DNA of 64,000 nucleotides from Squalus acanthias. Taxonomy: Eukaryota. Where the stretch lies: assembly GCA_030390025.1 (NCBI GenBank), contig CM059438.1:57848001-57912000 (forward strand), in the 5' to 3' direction. Below, one piece after another: positions 1 to 13,390 of the stretch (the stretch's first letter is position 1; each line of letters begins with the position of its first letter). The translations under genes and the position numbers were made by a program. The notes below the pieces were generated by a model. That model saw only the letters and a program-made list of their open reading frames with translations, made no database searches and was not told where the DNA came from.

Positions 1-363
1 CACTACACAAACAAGGCCCTGCAGCCAGCAGCCAGCCACCGCCCACCCCCACCCAATAAGCAATGTCTACGTGCAAGACTGTCTAGGCTCCCTCAACAGC
101 TGCAGAGGTGGAGCAGCCTGCAGCCAGGCCCAAACTAACAGAGTCATGAGCCTTGAGTCTTATTGAAGATTGTTCTCTGTAAGGAGAGCATATGCATTGC
201 ATAAATGGTTATCATGTAGCGAGTATTTTTGGCTGCAACACCTTGTGTATGGCCTTATGCATCGTTGCACTGAATACAAAGTATCTTGGAAGCTGTAGTT
301 GTAATAGCTGACTGCGTAAATTGACATTGAAAGGTTTCTGTTTGCATAATGATGGGCAGTCAT

Positions 364-1194
364 GGGGGAAATATTAGGTATCGCCCATTTTGGGGCGCTA
401 ATATCGGCCGGGCGCAAAGTTTAGCGCTCGGCGCTAATTATCGCCTCCGACTGCAAAATTCGCCTCTATCGCCCCTGGAGGTGATTTGAGCGCTACATTA
501 AGCGCTATACACCTCTCTTAAGGCACTAACGTCGGGGAGCGAGGCGCTACCTCAGAACGCTACCGAAGCTCAGGCGATTTCAGTTACCATGGAAGCCAGA
601 CAGACTGGCACCGTCCCTTTCTTGAAGGGGAGGGGCTATCTTGCTGGCCAGCCACTTCCTGCTCATTGCAGCCTTGAATCTCAGCTTGGAGAGACCTCAA
701 AAGCAATTGTGTTGGAACCACTAATGGATAGGCCCAGGGAAAGAACTCCGCGCTTAGGAACCTCCAAAGTAATGCTAAGGACCAAAACTCCTTAGGACAG
801 GATTAAATCTCTCCAGACGTCTCTCTCCCTGTGTACCAAAAGTTTTGCTGACAAGAAAAAGCAGGAAGCGCACGCCCTTACATAGCACTCCCCCAGCCCC
901 TTCCCGACTTGAAAACGTTCCCCTCTACCTGTCGTTCCTAGTGGCAGGCGCTAAGGCAGAGGGCACGACTCAATTTCCGGTCCGGGATGCTATCAGGGCG
1001 TTGCACGCTCGACTGACGTTACGATCTGTGGGCACAGGAGATCGTGGCGCTGATGTTCAGCACCGCCGCAAAACGACTGGTCAATTTCGCAAGCGGTGCT
1101 AAAATCGCCGCGCTCGGGCACTAAGTTCCTAGCGCCCCGTTAGCGCCCCCCGGAGATGCTAACGGGAGGCGCTAACCAACTGAATTTTTACCCC
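364..1194. mobile_element. Harbinger-derived MITE (G5-A5 TIR family)
   Basis: Begins GGGGGAAATATTAGG and ends CTGAATTTTTACCCC. Colinear with 21061-21942 and with the terminus at 44447-44910 of the transposase-bearing element. TSD is not clean. Confidence 0.8.
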
Positions 1195-1908
1195 ATCGAT
1201 TTTTCACCTGAGTCTTTCTATGTCTTCCTTTTTTTTAGCCAGTTCAAATAGTTGTAAATAATCTTGATTAGCTCCTTTGCTATTTTTGCAATTCCAAAAA
1301 GTTACTGAATCAATTTAGGTTAATTCTCTTTCTTGAAAAAATATTTAAGCAAAGAAGCCTGACATCTGCTTTGCACTTAGATACCCATTTTTAGCACCCT
1401 TAGGTAATTCACATTTATCCTTAATTCAGCTTTGCACTTTTCTTCAGGTCTGACACCTTCTGGATATCCTTCCAAGTGTGAGAGATGGATGAGACTGTCC
1501 ATGCAACTGCAGCCCACAAATACTGTATCCTCTGCCCCCAAAAAGAACACTTTTTCAGGCATCATATCCTAAACTATATAATGTATGGCTTTTTCTGTCA
1601 AGCCCTCCATTATCACACAAAATAGTGCAATTCACAGTTGGATTGGCCTACTGTGCATTATATATACCAGTTAAGTAATTGTTCAGCTAGTTATAGAATG
1701 CCTCAGCAACATTATTACAGGTACATTCTGATTGGGTCTTCAGTTGAGTGTATTGCACCAAATCTCACTGAAAGCATAACGTTATAAATATATGAGAATG
1801 CAATAAAAAATAAATAAAACTCCCATCTAATTCATTCTCTGTGCACTAAAGATAATTTAATTCCCTAAGAGAATCAGATAGATTAATGGTCATGTCTTTA
1901 CCACTTAC

Positions 1909-1992
1909 ACTGGCCTGTCATCCTGCATGCACCTGTCAATTACATATCTCTGTCTGTAGTTCTCTTGATCTGGCCAAATTTGATTGCGAATC
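1909..1992 (-). CDS. Candidate repeat-family exon of unknown host gene, IRNQIWPDQENYRQRYVIDRCMQDD(RP)
   Basis: Acceptor CCTGCTTTGAAATGTAG matches that of the 54118-54195 exon at 16/17. The exon is 78 nt to a GC donor (GCCAGT) or 84 nt to GTAAGT; both are phase 2 and open. Confidence 0.55.
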
Positions 1993-2539
1993 CTACATTT
2001 CAAAGCAGGATACAGTAAAAGGAAAAAGAGAAGATAATTTTGCATTTTCCAGATTACAAGTCAACTAAATGTAACTAACTTCATGATTGGTTTATATGAA
2101 CAATTATCAATCACAGGCCAGTTTCAAAATTGTGAAACACACTATTTATACATTCAGACTCCAATGTTTAGTCATCTTTCAGAGGGTGTGATTGAATGAA
2201 AAGTGAGCAGTCCTTTTGAATGAATATATGATGAATTCCGTTATTCCAAAGAAAGTAAACCTTAATATTTCCCGAGGTTGTTTTAAACTGGTGAGGTAAA
2301 TTTTACTATTAGTACTTGTAGGGCAGTGCTTCATGCAATGGGAGTTCATATTGGGAATTTGGGCAAGCGATTAGTCTGCCCACATAATTTCCATCCTTTA
2401 AAATTTATGGACAGAAGATTGTATGGGTTGCGCTGAGCACCATGCCCAAATTCCCAATATGTGCCCCTACTCTGGGAATACGAATTTGTAAAATCTACCG
2501 TGGTACATTTTGTTTCAAACACTTAGAATGTATGGGCCA

Positions 2540-4130
2540 AATAGGGACAGTTAACATGGACTTGTAATGGGTGACTAATTTAATTGACTTCTTCAAATAA
2601 TTTATTGAGTGTGTGGATGATGTGAATGATGGGAATGTGATGGGTGTGTTATACTTGGACATTCATTAAGCATTTGATAAAGGCCTAAAAAGACATAAGT
2701 TGCAAAATTTTAGTATTAAATGTGAAGTAGCTGCATTGAAAGAGGGATAGCCAAATCAGAAAATAGGAATAAATGGGTTATTTTGGATCAACTGGACCAG
2801 CCACATAAATTCCATTGCTACTAGAGCAGGTCAGAGGCTAGATATTTTGTAGCAAGAGGTTCATATCCTGATTCCCCAAAGTCTTTCCACTGCCGACAAG
2901 GCACAAGTCAGGAGTGTGATGGAATACTCTCCACTAGCCATGGTTGGGTTCAGCTACAACAACACTGAAGAAGCTCAATACCATCCAGGACAAAGCAGTC
3001 CGCTTGATCGGCAGCCCATCCACCTCCTTAAACATCCATTTCCTCCACCACCAGCCCACCATGGCTGCAGTATGTACTGTCTACAGGATGCACTGCAGCA
3101 ATTCACCAATGCTTCTTTGACAGCGCTTCCCAAACCCGTGACCTCCACCACCTAGAAGGACAAGTGCAGTAGGTGCATGAGAACACCATTACCTCCAAGG
3201 TACCCTCCAAGTCACACACCATCTCGACTTGGACATATATCGCTGTTCCTTTATGGTCGCTTGGTCAATATCCTGGAACTCCCTACCTAACAGCAATATG
3301 GGAGCATCTTCACTCCATGGATTGCAGCAGTTCAAGAAGGTGGCTCACCACCACCTTCTCAAGGGTAAGTAGGGATGGGAAATAAATGCTGTCCTTGCTA
3401 GTGACGCCCATATTGTGAGCATGAATAAAAAAATATATAAAGCTAGTGGTATGTTCCAAGAATCAATGTTGGAACTTTTCCATGTACATACATATTTTGG
3501 TTATGGGCATGGAGGGATTAATATCTGAAGAGGGAAATACAGGCAGGTTAGGGAAGCGGGCAGAAATGCAGCAAATTCAATGTAACACAGGCAAACATTT
3601 TGTGAAAAGAATAGAGAATAGAAATATAACTAAATAGTAAAGTTGTCAATGAGTGAAGGAACAGAGAAACCTAAGGGTTCAGATACACAGACGTTTAAAG
3701 GCAGTATTAAAATCCATTATAAAGGCAAGCAGGATTCTGGATTTAATTGAATGCAAAAGCAAGGAGGCGATGATGAATCTCTATAAGACATTTGATAGGC
3801 TACGGGTGGCATCCTGTGTACATTTTTGGTCATTCCATTCTAAAAAGGATATAGTTATAGTGAGGCAATTATAAAACTGTATTCACTGGAGCAGTGATTA
3901 TTAAAGGGGAATCAAATAAATGTGTTAAAATTATGAAAGGACTTAAGAGGATAAATAGTGAAAGTTTATTTCCACCGATCAGTGAATTGGTAACAGGGTC
4001 AATACTAGGAAATTATGAACTATGAGAGTGGCACTACAAAGCAAAATTGAAAGACAGAAGAATGTCTTTTTATATCATTGCAGCTATTTTGAAGAAAAAT
4101 TGTATCATGGAGAAAAAATTGTGAAGGTGG
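2540..4130 (+). mobile_element. Highly decayed CR1 RT/3' fragments interrupted by another LINE fragment
   Basis: Relic CR1 RT motifs (LD..KAFDK near 2655-2680; MMNLYKT..LRVASCVHFWS in ORF 3653-3874). Confidence 0.6.
2789..3433 (+). mobile_element. 3' fragment of a non-LTR retrotransposon (CR1/jockey-group, clade not determined)
   Basis: MEYSPLA..STTLKKL..IQDKA motif and A-rich tail. Same family as 58771-59590 and 60289-61037. Confidence 0.75.
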
Positions 4131-4283
4131 GGGGAAGGCTTCCTGTACTAAGGATCCATGTGGTATATTGGAGCTCAGCAACAGTTGGAGATTGGTGAAT
4201 TCAGTTCACGCACAATGTTCCAACCCATTGAACACCCAGTCCCCTCACCAATATCATACAATACTAATTTGACACAGTTAATA

Positions 4284-4705
4284 GCACTCGGCTCTGAGTT
4301 GAAAAATCAAGGGTTCAAGCCCCAAGACTTGAGCACTTAATCTAGGCTAACACGCCAGTGAAATATTGAGGAAGGGCTGCACTGTTGTCTTTTGGCTGAG
4401 ATGTTAAACTAATGTCCCATATGCCTATTCAGGTTAATGCTAAAGATTCCATGTCACTATTTGAAAAGCAGGAAATTCTCCTGGTGTCCTGGCCAACATT
4501 CCTCCCTCAACCAACACCACCAAAAATCAGATTAACTGTTCATTTATCTCATTTGCTGCATGCAGGACCCTGGTGTAAGCAAATTAGCTGATGCGCTTGC
4601 CTACCGAACAACAGTGATAATACTTCAATAAGTAATTCAATGGATGTTAAGCACTGTGAGATGTCCTGAGGACGTGCTAAAGCTATATAAAGGTAAGTTC
4701 TTTCT
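4284..4705 (+). mobile_element. Deu-domain tRNA-derived SINE, decayed
   Basis: Aligns by eye with 20324-20778 and 55922-56370; L2-like 3' tail. Confidence 0.7.
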
Positions 4706-4796
4706 TTCTAAAGAACAGTGATTTACTCTTTCTCAGCGGGAGCTTCTCTGAGAGAATTATTGCTGCAACAGATCAGAGGCAGAGTGCTGTACTTAC

Positions 4797-4817
4797 GGCA
4801 ATGGAGACTGAACACTC
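4797..4817 (-). CDS. Candidate 21-nt microexon (SVQSPL, phase 2-2)
   Basis: Minus strand reads TTTTTGTTTTTTTTACCAG | GAGTGTTCAGTCTCCATTGCC | GTAAGT. Length is a multiple of 3 and the phase is compatible with the repeat exons. Confidence 0.5.
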
Positions 4818-7800
4818 CTGGTAAAAAAAACAAAAATTGCATTATCAACAATCTGTCTTCTATAGATTATTCACATCCTATTGAAGAACCACAAAGAGCT
4901 AAGATAAATACAGAAATGGTCAATCTAGCTCCTCCTTCCATAGAAACTTACAGCGCCCCCCATCACAGCATCCAACTGCCTCTTGAATGATTCCACATTT
5001 CTTGCCTCCACTACCCTTCCCACAAGACCATTCCAGGTATTAACCACTCTTTGTGTGAAGAAGACCTTTCTAGCTGTTTTTACACTGCAATTGGAGGCTC
5101 CAGAGAGCTGGCTACCTGAGCCACTTTCCCTTATTTAGTTCTGTAATGTGCAACAAGTCTACCTGTAAAATGGCTGCATTGTTGGGGGAGGTAGGCTCCA
5201 ATGTTCAGTGCATGCAGAGTTTGGCTATGAGATTTTGGCAAGTACATATGCATGGAGTAGTGATGTCATGTTGGCACAAGAGAGATAATGGAGATGCTTG
5301 TGTGCGTTAACGTTATCATGTTACCAAAATGCAATGTTGCCACCACAGCAGCATATTTACTAACCACAGTAAGTCCGATGCAAGCTAGGAAGACCCAGTG
5401 AAAAATGGGTCTTCTTAATTGCCAGTATGCAGGAGCAACTGAAAAATAATAAGAAGTTGAGTGAGAGCGGCGGGGATAAAGGGAGCGGCGACCCGAGGCC
5501 CAAGGCAGAGCGAGAGCGGGACCAGCGAGAGCAGCTGGGATAAAATGACCGGCGACCTGAGGCCTGAGACCAGGGCGAGAGCGAGACCAGTGAGAGTGGC
5601 GGGGATAAAGGGAGCGGCGACACTGGACCTGTCCAACAGGTAAATGTACTCGCTACCTGTGAGAACAAGGAGAAAGACTGCAGGGAGGACAGCCACAATG
5701 CAGACCAAGGCAACGTGGCTCAGAAGGCTGTCCAAGTGGGGGGGGCAGGGGGCCAAGCAGAATAGAAATGTGGTAGTGATAGGGGACTCTATAATTAGGG
5801 GGATAGATAGCGTCCTCTGCAGCCAAGAACGGGAATCCCGAAGGGTGTGTTGCCAGGGTAAGGGATATATCTCATGGCAGCTGGAGAGCAACTTGGAAAG
5901 GGAGGGAGTAAATCCAGTTGTCGTGGTCCATGTTTGAACAAACGACATAGGTAGGAACAGGGAGGAGGTCCCTAATTTGTTTGCATATTTATTCCTCCAC
6001 CTCCCTTCCACTATTTGGTGGTCTGTAGACTACGCCTATTAGTGTGATTGATACTTTATTATCTTTTAACTCTATCCATATGGTCCCGCTGAAAGAGTGT
6101 CAGGTGTTAGGCTCTAAATTAAAAAGCAGGACCTCGAGGGTAATAACCTCTGGATTATTACCTGAGCCACGTGCAAATTGGCATAGAAGCAGACAGATCA
6201 GGAGAATTAACATGTAGCTAAAGGGCTGGTGGGGGGAAGAGTGGTTTCTTTTCATGGGACACTGGCACCAGTTCTGGGACAGGAAGGAGCTGTACCGATG
6301 GGACCCATGTACTAGCGGAAAGTGTAAATAGGGAGGTGGCAAAGGCTTTAAACTAGTAAGATAGGTGGAGGGACCTACAAGAAACGTAACCAGCCTAAAG
6401 ATAAACAAAACAGGAAAAGAGAGCATAGGAAAGAATAAAGTAAGGGAGGACATTGATGGCAAGGGAATAAATAGAGTTATAGAACAGCAGTCTAAAAAGA
6501 TGGTTAAACATAAAGTGAGAGGATATCCTATTAAAAATGAGTTACACTGTCTGTACAGCAATGCACACAATGTCCATAATAAAACAGGGGAGCTGGAGGC
6601 AATCATGCGTTGCGAGGAACCAGATATAATAGGGATTACTGAGACATAGCTACAGAAAACTCAGGACTGGGAATTAAACATTGCAGGGTATAACATATTT
6701 AGAAAAGATAGAGAGAGAAAAAGGGGAGGTGGAGTAGCTGTACTTATTAGGGATAACATAATGGCAGTAAAAAAAAGTGACGCAGCTATCAGCAAGACAA
6801 AAATAGAATCCATATGGATAGAGATAAAAGATAATAAAGGATCAATCACACTACTAGGCGTAGTCTACAGACCACCTAATAGTAGAAGGGAGGTGGAGGA
6901 AGAAATATGCAGACAAATTAGGGAAAGGAGTAAAAATCATAGAATAATAATCATGGGGGATTTCAACTACCCTGATATTAATTGGACAGAAGAGGTAGGT
7001 AAAGGGGATAAGGGAATGGAGTTCCTACAATGTGTACAGGAGTCCTTTCTAACCCAATATGTAAAAAGCCGAACAAGGGAGGATTCGCTATTGGATCTAG
7101 TAATGGGGAATGAACCAGAGCAGATAAGAGAAGTAAAAGTAGGGGAACATCTAGGCAACAGTGACCATAATATAATACACTTTAAGATGATAATTGAGAA
7201 GGACATAAGTATGACAAAAACCAGGTTAATAGATTGGAGAAAAGCTGATTTTGAGGGGCTGAGAATAGAACTGGGAAAATAAAATGGGCAACAATATTGG
7301 CAAACAACGATGTAGAACAGCAATGGGAAACATTTAAAACAGTGTTCAACAGAGTGCAGGAACAATATAATCCGCTAAAAGGAAAGAACAAACTAAACAC
7401 TAATGAGACTCCATGGATGAATAAAGCCATAAGGGAACAATTGAGGGTAAGGAAAGAGGCATACATTAAGTACATAGACAGCAGGGGAGTGCATAATAAG
7501 GGAGAATTCAAAGAGATTAGGAGAGAAGTAAAAAAAAACAATCAGGAAGGCAAAGAGGAACTATGAAACTAAATTATCAAGGAACATAAAACAAAATAGT
7601 AAAATATTTTACAGGCACATCAATAAAAAAAGGAAGGTTGAGATGGGAATAGGGCCATTAAGGCATAGACAGGATAATACCACAGGTAACGATAGAGAGA
7701 TGGCAGAAAAATTAAATAATTATTTTGCTTCAGTATTTACCAGGGAGATAGAACAGGTGGACATGACATTGGATGATGACATTAGTAATGAGATAAGTGC

Positions 7801-7865
7801 ATTTAAAATAAAAAGAGGGGCTATATTAAATAAACTAATCAAACTCAAAGAGGATAAAACCCCTG

Positions 7866-8560
7866 GGGGGAAAAATTGGGTCACGCTCCTTTGGGGCAAC
7901 TTCGCTGAAAAAGTTAGCGCCCTCGCGCACGGAAATTGAGTGGTAGCGTCCCAAGCAGGAGGAGGGGCGCTACTGGAAGCACTGCCCCTCCCTCTTGGGA
8001 TGCTACCATTCAATATCACGGTGCTACGTGCAACAGTGCCATGCGTGTTGGCACGTAGCGCCGCGGTATTACAGGCCTCCCTCCCCTGATTAAAGGGGAG
8101 GGGCCCTGCTGGACCACCGGGGAGTGGGGTGCCGGCAAAAGAGCCCGGCACTCAAGAGGAGTGCCGGGCTGACCAATCGCGGCCGGCACCCCACAGGAGG
8201 AGGCGAAAGGGGGCAGGTGCTGGCAGGCGGCCTAAAAAATGGCTACCCGGCATCTGCCCTTTAATTTGCACCGCCGCGGCCGCAAACACAACTCCCTAAT
8301 CCTGTCGGACATAGCGTCCAGCAGTAGGTCAGGGGGCATGAGCGAAGTTTGTGGCCGAGGCGCGAGCCGGGTGCTGTGCACGGTGATGCCGTCATCGCCA
8401 GGTGTGCAGCGCCGCGAGGCGCTACCAGTTACCGCCGCTGCTAACCTCCTGCTGAATTTCGTGGGAGGCGTTAGCAGTGCCACGCCTGCGCGTTAGGTGC
8501 TTTGCACCCCGTTAGTGCCTCCTCGGGTGCGGCGCTGCAAAGCAACCCACTTTTTCCCCC
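7866..8560. mobile_element. Harbinger-type MITE inserted in CR1 ORF2
   Basis: TIRs GGGGGAAAAATTGGG / CCCACTTTTTCCCCC with 3-bp TSD CTG. Removing it restores the CR1 codons for DKTPGLDG. Confidence 0.92.
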
Positions 8561-10675
8561 CTGGTCTGGATGGATTGCATCCATGCATTTTAAAAGAATC
8601 TAGGGAACAGATAGCAGAGGCATCACTACACATATTTAATAATTTGTTCGAAAAAGGTGTAGTGCCAGAAGACTGGTGGGTAGCTAACATAATACCTATA
8701 TTCAAGAAGGGGGATAGAACATGTCCAGGGAATTATAGACCAGTCAGCTTAACATCGGTGGTAGGAAAAATAATGGAATTCCTTCTAAAGGAGAAAATAG
8801 AAGAACATCTAGAAACCAAAAATATAATAAGGAATAGTCAGCATGGATTTCAAAAGGGAAAGTCTTGCTTGACCAACCTCATTGAATTTTTTGATGAGGT
8901 AACAGAGAGAGTAGACAATGGTAATGCAGTAGATGTAATTTATTTAGATTTTCAAAAAGCCTTCGATAAAGTAGCCCATAATAGACTGATGAACAAGGTC
9001 AGAGAATGCGGAGTCAGGGGACAAGTGGAATGGATAGCTAGCTGGCTTCAAAACAGAAAGCAGAGTGTAGGGGTAAAGGGTAACTATTCCCAGTGGCAGA
9101 AGGTGGATAGTGGTGTTCCACAAGGATCAATGCTGGGAACCCTGTTATTCACAATTTATATTAACGATTTAGGCCGCGAATTTAATTCAGGAAGTGGCTT
9201 GGAGTCGAGTTGTGTGGTGGGCGGGGTCCGGACCCGCTGCCGGCTGCATCCGATCCCCAGTTGAGATTTTTGTTTAATCGGCCCTTTAAGTTGAGTGGTG
9301 CGTGCTGGCCAGTCCAATGATGTCATTAGTGCAGATGTTTTTAAGGGCCCCATGCAGCCTCAGCCTTTAATTTATTGATTCTGCTGGAGTCTGGAATTGG
9401 CAAGGCCACAATGAGTGCATCGAAACCTAAGGCTGCACCACGCTTCACTGAGGACTCCCTCCAAGCTCTTGTGGAGGAAGTTAGAGGGTGCAGGGAGATT
9501 CTGTTCCCTCCTGAAGGACGGACGAAGCCTCCTCAGTAAACCAAGGCAGCCTGGCTGCGCATTGCTGAGGAGGTCAGCGCAAGGTCCGTTTGTTCACGCA
9601 CTTGGATCCAGTGCAGGAAACGCTTTAATGATCTTCTGTGATCATCAAAAGTGAGTATCACATCACACTTACCTTCAATCTGCTTCCCTTCTCTTCTCAT
9701 CACCAGCACTCTGCTTTGTAAGCCTGCTCCTCCACATCCCACCTTGCCCTTACTTCCCTTGCACCCTTCCCTATCCATCTCTCTCTCTCTCTACTGAATC
9801 ACCTCACCATCCTGCGTATGCACCCCTCACACTCGCTCTCACTGTTATGCATTGAAAACAACTAACAACGCACAGGGAGCTAGCTTCCTCTTGGCACCTC
9901 ACTCCATCTTGGTCTCCCTCGAAGCTTCTATGTTATGGATTCTTCACAGTCACTCCATCACTCTCGCTGAAACTCCACTTGTGTCCCTCCTTGCAGGAAA
10001 AGATAGCCCACAATAAGAGGGAGAGAACGCAATACACACTAACCCTCGCAACATTGACAAGTGCTGAGGAGGCTGCGCACAAAATCGTTGGAGGTGGCGA
10101 GGATCTGGAAGTGGGGGATGGAGAGACGGGCGCACTAGATGAAGCTGGTGGCAGAACAGAGTTTCATCCCTCTCATTTAGATTTCATGATTGACTGCAAT
10201 GGCATATGATGTGACGTAAGAAAACTACTAGGCACTTGGTCTAAGCGTTAAACAAAGCTTTAATCAGCTGTTTTCCAACATGGAGTTCTAGTTATCCTTC
10301 ACTAGTTCCTGTTGAGGAATATCCTAAGCAAGCTGGGTCCGTGCCCGAGTATTTATACTCTCCCTGGACAGCGCCACCAGCAGGCCGCCCAGTATTACTT
10401 CATACAAGATTCATGTCATTCTTCCTGCCTGAAAGATTGGAAGTCCGGCGGCTTCCTTCTATCGAATTAGCCGGACTAAGAATAGATGCAGTCATTTGGA
10501 TTTCCGTTGGAGGCCGGAAGGCACGTCTCCTCGGACCGTGTTTTGGTCCCTGGGTCGCTTGGTTCGTACCGGCGGACTGGCAGAGTCCGTGTCGCCTTGA
10601 TCGACCTGAGGGGGACTGGGGAGATCGTGGCTCCGGGTGCGGGTCCCCACCGGCGCAGAGCTGGCTTCATCCTGC

Positions 10676-13390
10676 TCAGTAGCCGGCGATTGACTGGCGT
10701 CCTGGCCTCGGGTGGCCATCCTGCGGGGAGCGCTGTTCCCCGGGTTGATCCAGCGGAGTAGCTGGCAGATCCCTTGATGTCCCGGGTAGGGCGTCATCCT
10801 CGGAGGAGCGCGGAGTATCGGCGTCGTTAATACGGATCTCTCTATCGATTGGGTCCGTGGGACCGGTTGGGCAGGGAGTCAGATCCCGAAGTGAAACTGT
10901 GGACCCCCGGCCATCAGGGTACCGCACGTACGCATATGTAGGATTGACATCCGTTAGTTCCACCTCGTCAACGAGGGGATCACTCTCGGAGGATCGGACG
11001 AATCTTCGGAGCAGCACGGAGCCAGGAGCTGCCAACCATGATGGTAGGGACGTCCCATGAGTGGAGCGACGCTGGAACCCGAAGAATCGTTCGTGAGGAG
11101 TAACATTGGTGGATGTAGAAAGAAGAGACCTGATGGAATGCAACGCGTCAGGGAGCATAGTTTCCCACTGCTGGTCTGGTAGATTGTGTGACCTCAGTGC
11201 AAGACGAACAGCATTCCAAATGATAGCATTGTATCTCACAACCTGTCCGTTTCCAATAGGATGATACGGTGTCGTTTTACTTGTGGCAATTCCCTGTTGG
11301 GAAAGATAACTTTTGAGTTCGCTTGACATGAAGGAGGGACCCCGATCAGACTGGATGAAATTGGCCGTACCGCAAAGGGAAAAGACCTGATCGAGGCATT
11401 TGATCACTGTGGAAGTAAGCATATTGGGACAGGGGAAAGCAAAGGGAAAGCGTGAATATTCGTCCACCATAGTAAGCAAGTAGGTATTTCGCGTTGAGGA
11501 AGGCAATAGCCCTTTAAAGTCAATGCTGAGTCGCTGCATAGGTTGTGTAGCGTGTATGAGCGAGCCATCCGACGGACGGAAGAATTGCGGTTTTAATTCC
11601 GCGCAAATTCTACAAGTGGAGCATGTTCTTTTCACGTCTTCCGTAGAAAATGGGAGATTTTTAGATCACACAAAGTGCAACATACGGGTAACGCCAGGAT
11701 GGCATAAGTCAGTATGAAGATCCGCAAGAGTCGAAGTTGACATGGAAGAGCAGAATGCACGCGTGAGGGTATCCGGAGCCACATTATCCTTGCCGGGTCG
11801 ATACTGTATGGTGTAGCCAAAGGCGGCCAATTCCATCCTCCATAGCTGTATTTTGTTATTCTTGATTTTAGTGTGTTTCCGATTATCCAGCATAAAGGCC
11901 ACCGAGCATTGATCGGTTATGAGCGTGAAATGGCGACGAGCGAGAAAATGACTCCATTTACGTACTGCTTCAATGATAGGCGTAGCCTCCTTCTCGACAG
12001 GATAATGGAGCTCGCTACCCTGCAAAATTCTAGACAGAAATGCAACGGGTCGACCGCCTTGATTCAAGGTAGCCGAGATCGCCACCTCCGATGCATCGCA
12101 CTCGACCACGAAAGGGAGATTTTCATCGATGGAATGAAGCGTGGCTTTTTCCAGTTGTTGCTTGAGGAGGTCGAAAGCTGAAATAGCCCTCACCTCCAAT
12201 GGAAATGACTTTGCGTGAAGCAGGGGCTGGATCTTGTCGCAAAAGTGAGGTATCCACTTCGCATAATAGGCGAACATGCCGAGGGCCTGACGAAGAGAGC
12301 TGAGATTCGTAGGAGGGAGCTCCTGAAGCGGATGAAGTCGCTCCGGATCCGATTTGATGACACCATTGCCAACCCAGTAGCCAAGGATGTTGACTGATGG
12401 TACTGATTTCACAGATTTGGACTCATTTAAGGTTAAGTTGCGACGATGGAGAACGTCAAGAAATTTCTGGAGGTTGGCATCATGCTCCTTCTGGTCATGA
12501 CCAGCAATGGTGATATTATCCAGATATGGAAAAGTGTCTGTTAAGTTCTCCTGTTTGACTAGGCTATCCACTGCCCGTTGAAAGACGGCCACCCCATTGG
12601 TGAACCCGAATGGAAGGCGACGAAACTGGTAAAGCCGACCATTGGCCTCAAAAGCCATATACTTTTTGTCAGAGTCCTTCAACGGTACTTGATGGTATGC
12701 GCTCTTTAAGTCAAAAGTTGAAAATACCTTGTAGTTAGCAAGGTTATTGACCATGTCATCTATGCGTGGTAGTGGGTAGGCATCCAGGTCAGTATACTGG
12801 TTAATAGTTTGCGAGTAATCGATGCAAAGACGTTTCTTGTGTTGCTTCAGAGGATTTTTAACAACGACGACTTGAGCCCACCAGGAAGATGAACATGGCT
12901 CAATGATACCGTCAGCTAGAAGGCGAGAGATCTCTGCCTTGATAAAGGATAGGTCATCTTGGCTGAAACGTCGTGATTTAGTGGCTATGGGCTTACATCG
13001 GGGGGAAAGATTGACAAACAAGGAGGGCTCGTCGAGCGAAGCCGCTGAAAGTGCACAAAACGGTACTTTGGAAATAGTAAGCTCCGGCTTTGATCCTCCA
13101 AACTCGAAAGTAAGTCTTCTGTGTTGTTTCTGGAAATCCTGTCCCAGGAGCACATCACTGCATAGGTTTTTGAGCACCCCGAGCCGGGTAGAGACATAAG
13201 TGCGGCCATTGAGAATAAGGTCGACAAGACAAAAGCCGGAAGAGTTAGTGGTCAGTGTCGTCAGAGCCATTTCAATTTCCCTGTCCGAGGGGTAAATACG
13301 CAGTTTTAACTTACTGACAGCCTGCTCACTGATGAAGCTGTCAGAGCTGCATGAGTCAATTAATGCACTCAAAATGTGCCCATTTACCAA
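10676..13390 (-). pseudogene. Gypsy pol (protease-RT-RNaseH 11666-13390; integrase 10676-11635), frameshifted
   Basis: Motifs LIDSCS, RLCIDY, FDLKSAYHQ, LPFG, YLDN, CDAS, ITD. Integrase has H..H..C..C, SIDFKG, SDRG and PYHPIGNG. Confidence 0.92.

Noticed and set aside
1377..1565. 62-aa minus-strand ORF faintly resembling the repeat (PEKVFF..EDTV.VGC)
   Set aside because: The acceptor is weak, and a phase-2 join gives an immediate stop. It could be a terminal exon but cannot be supported.
4738..4820. Plus-strand exon reading GSFSERIIAATDQRQ...
   Set aside because: The GTAAAA donor is weak and there are no plus-strand partner exons. The minus-strand microexon has stronger signals.
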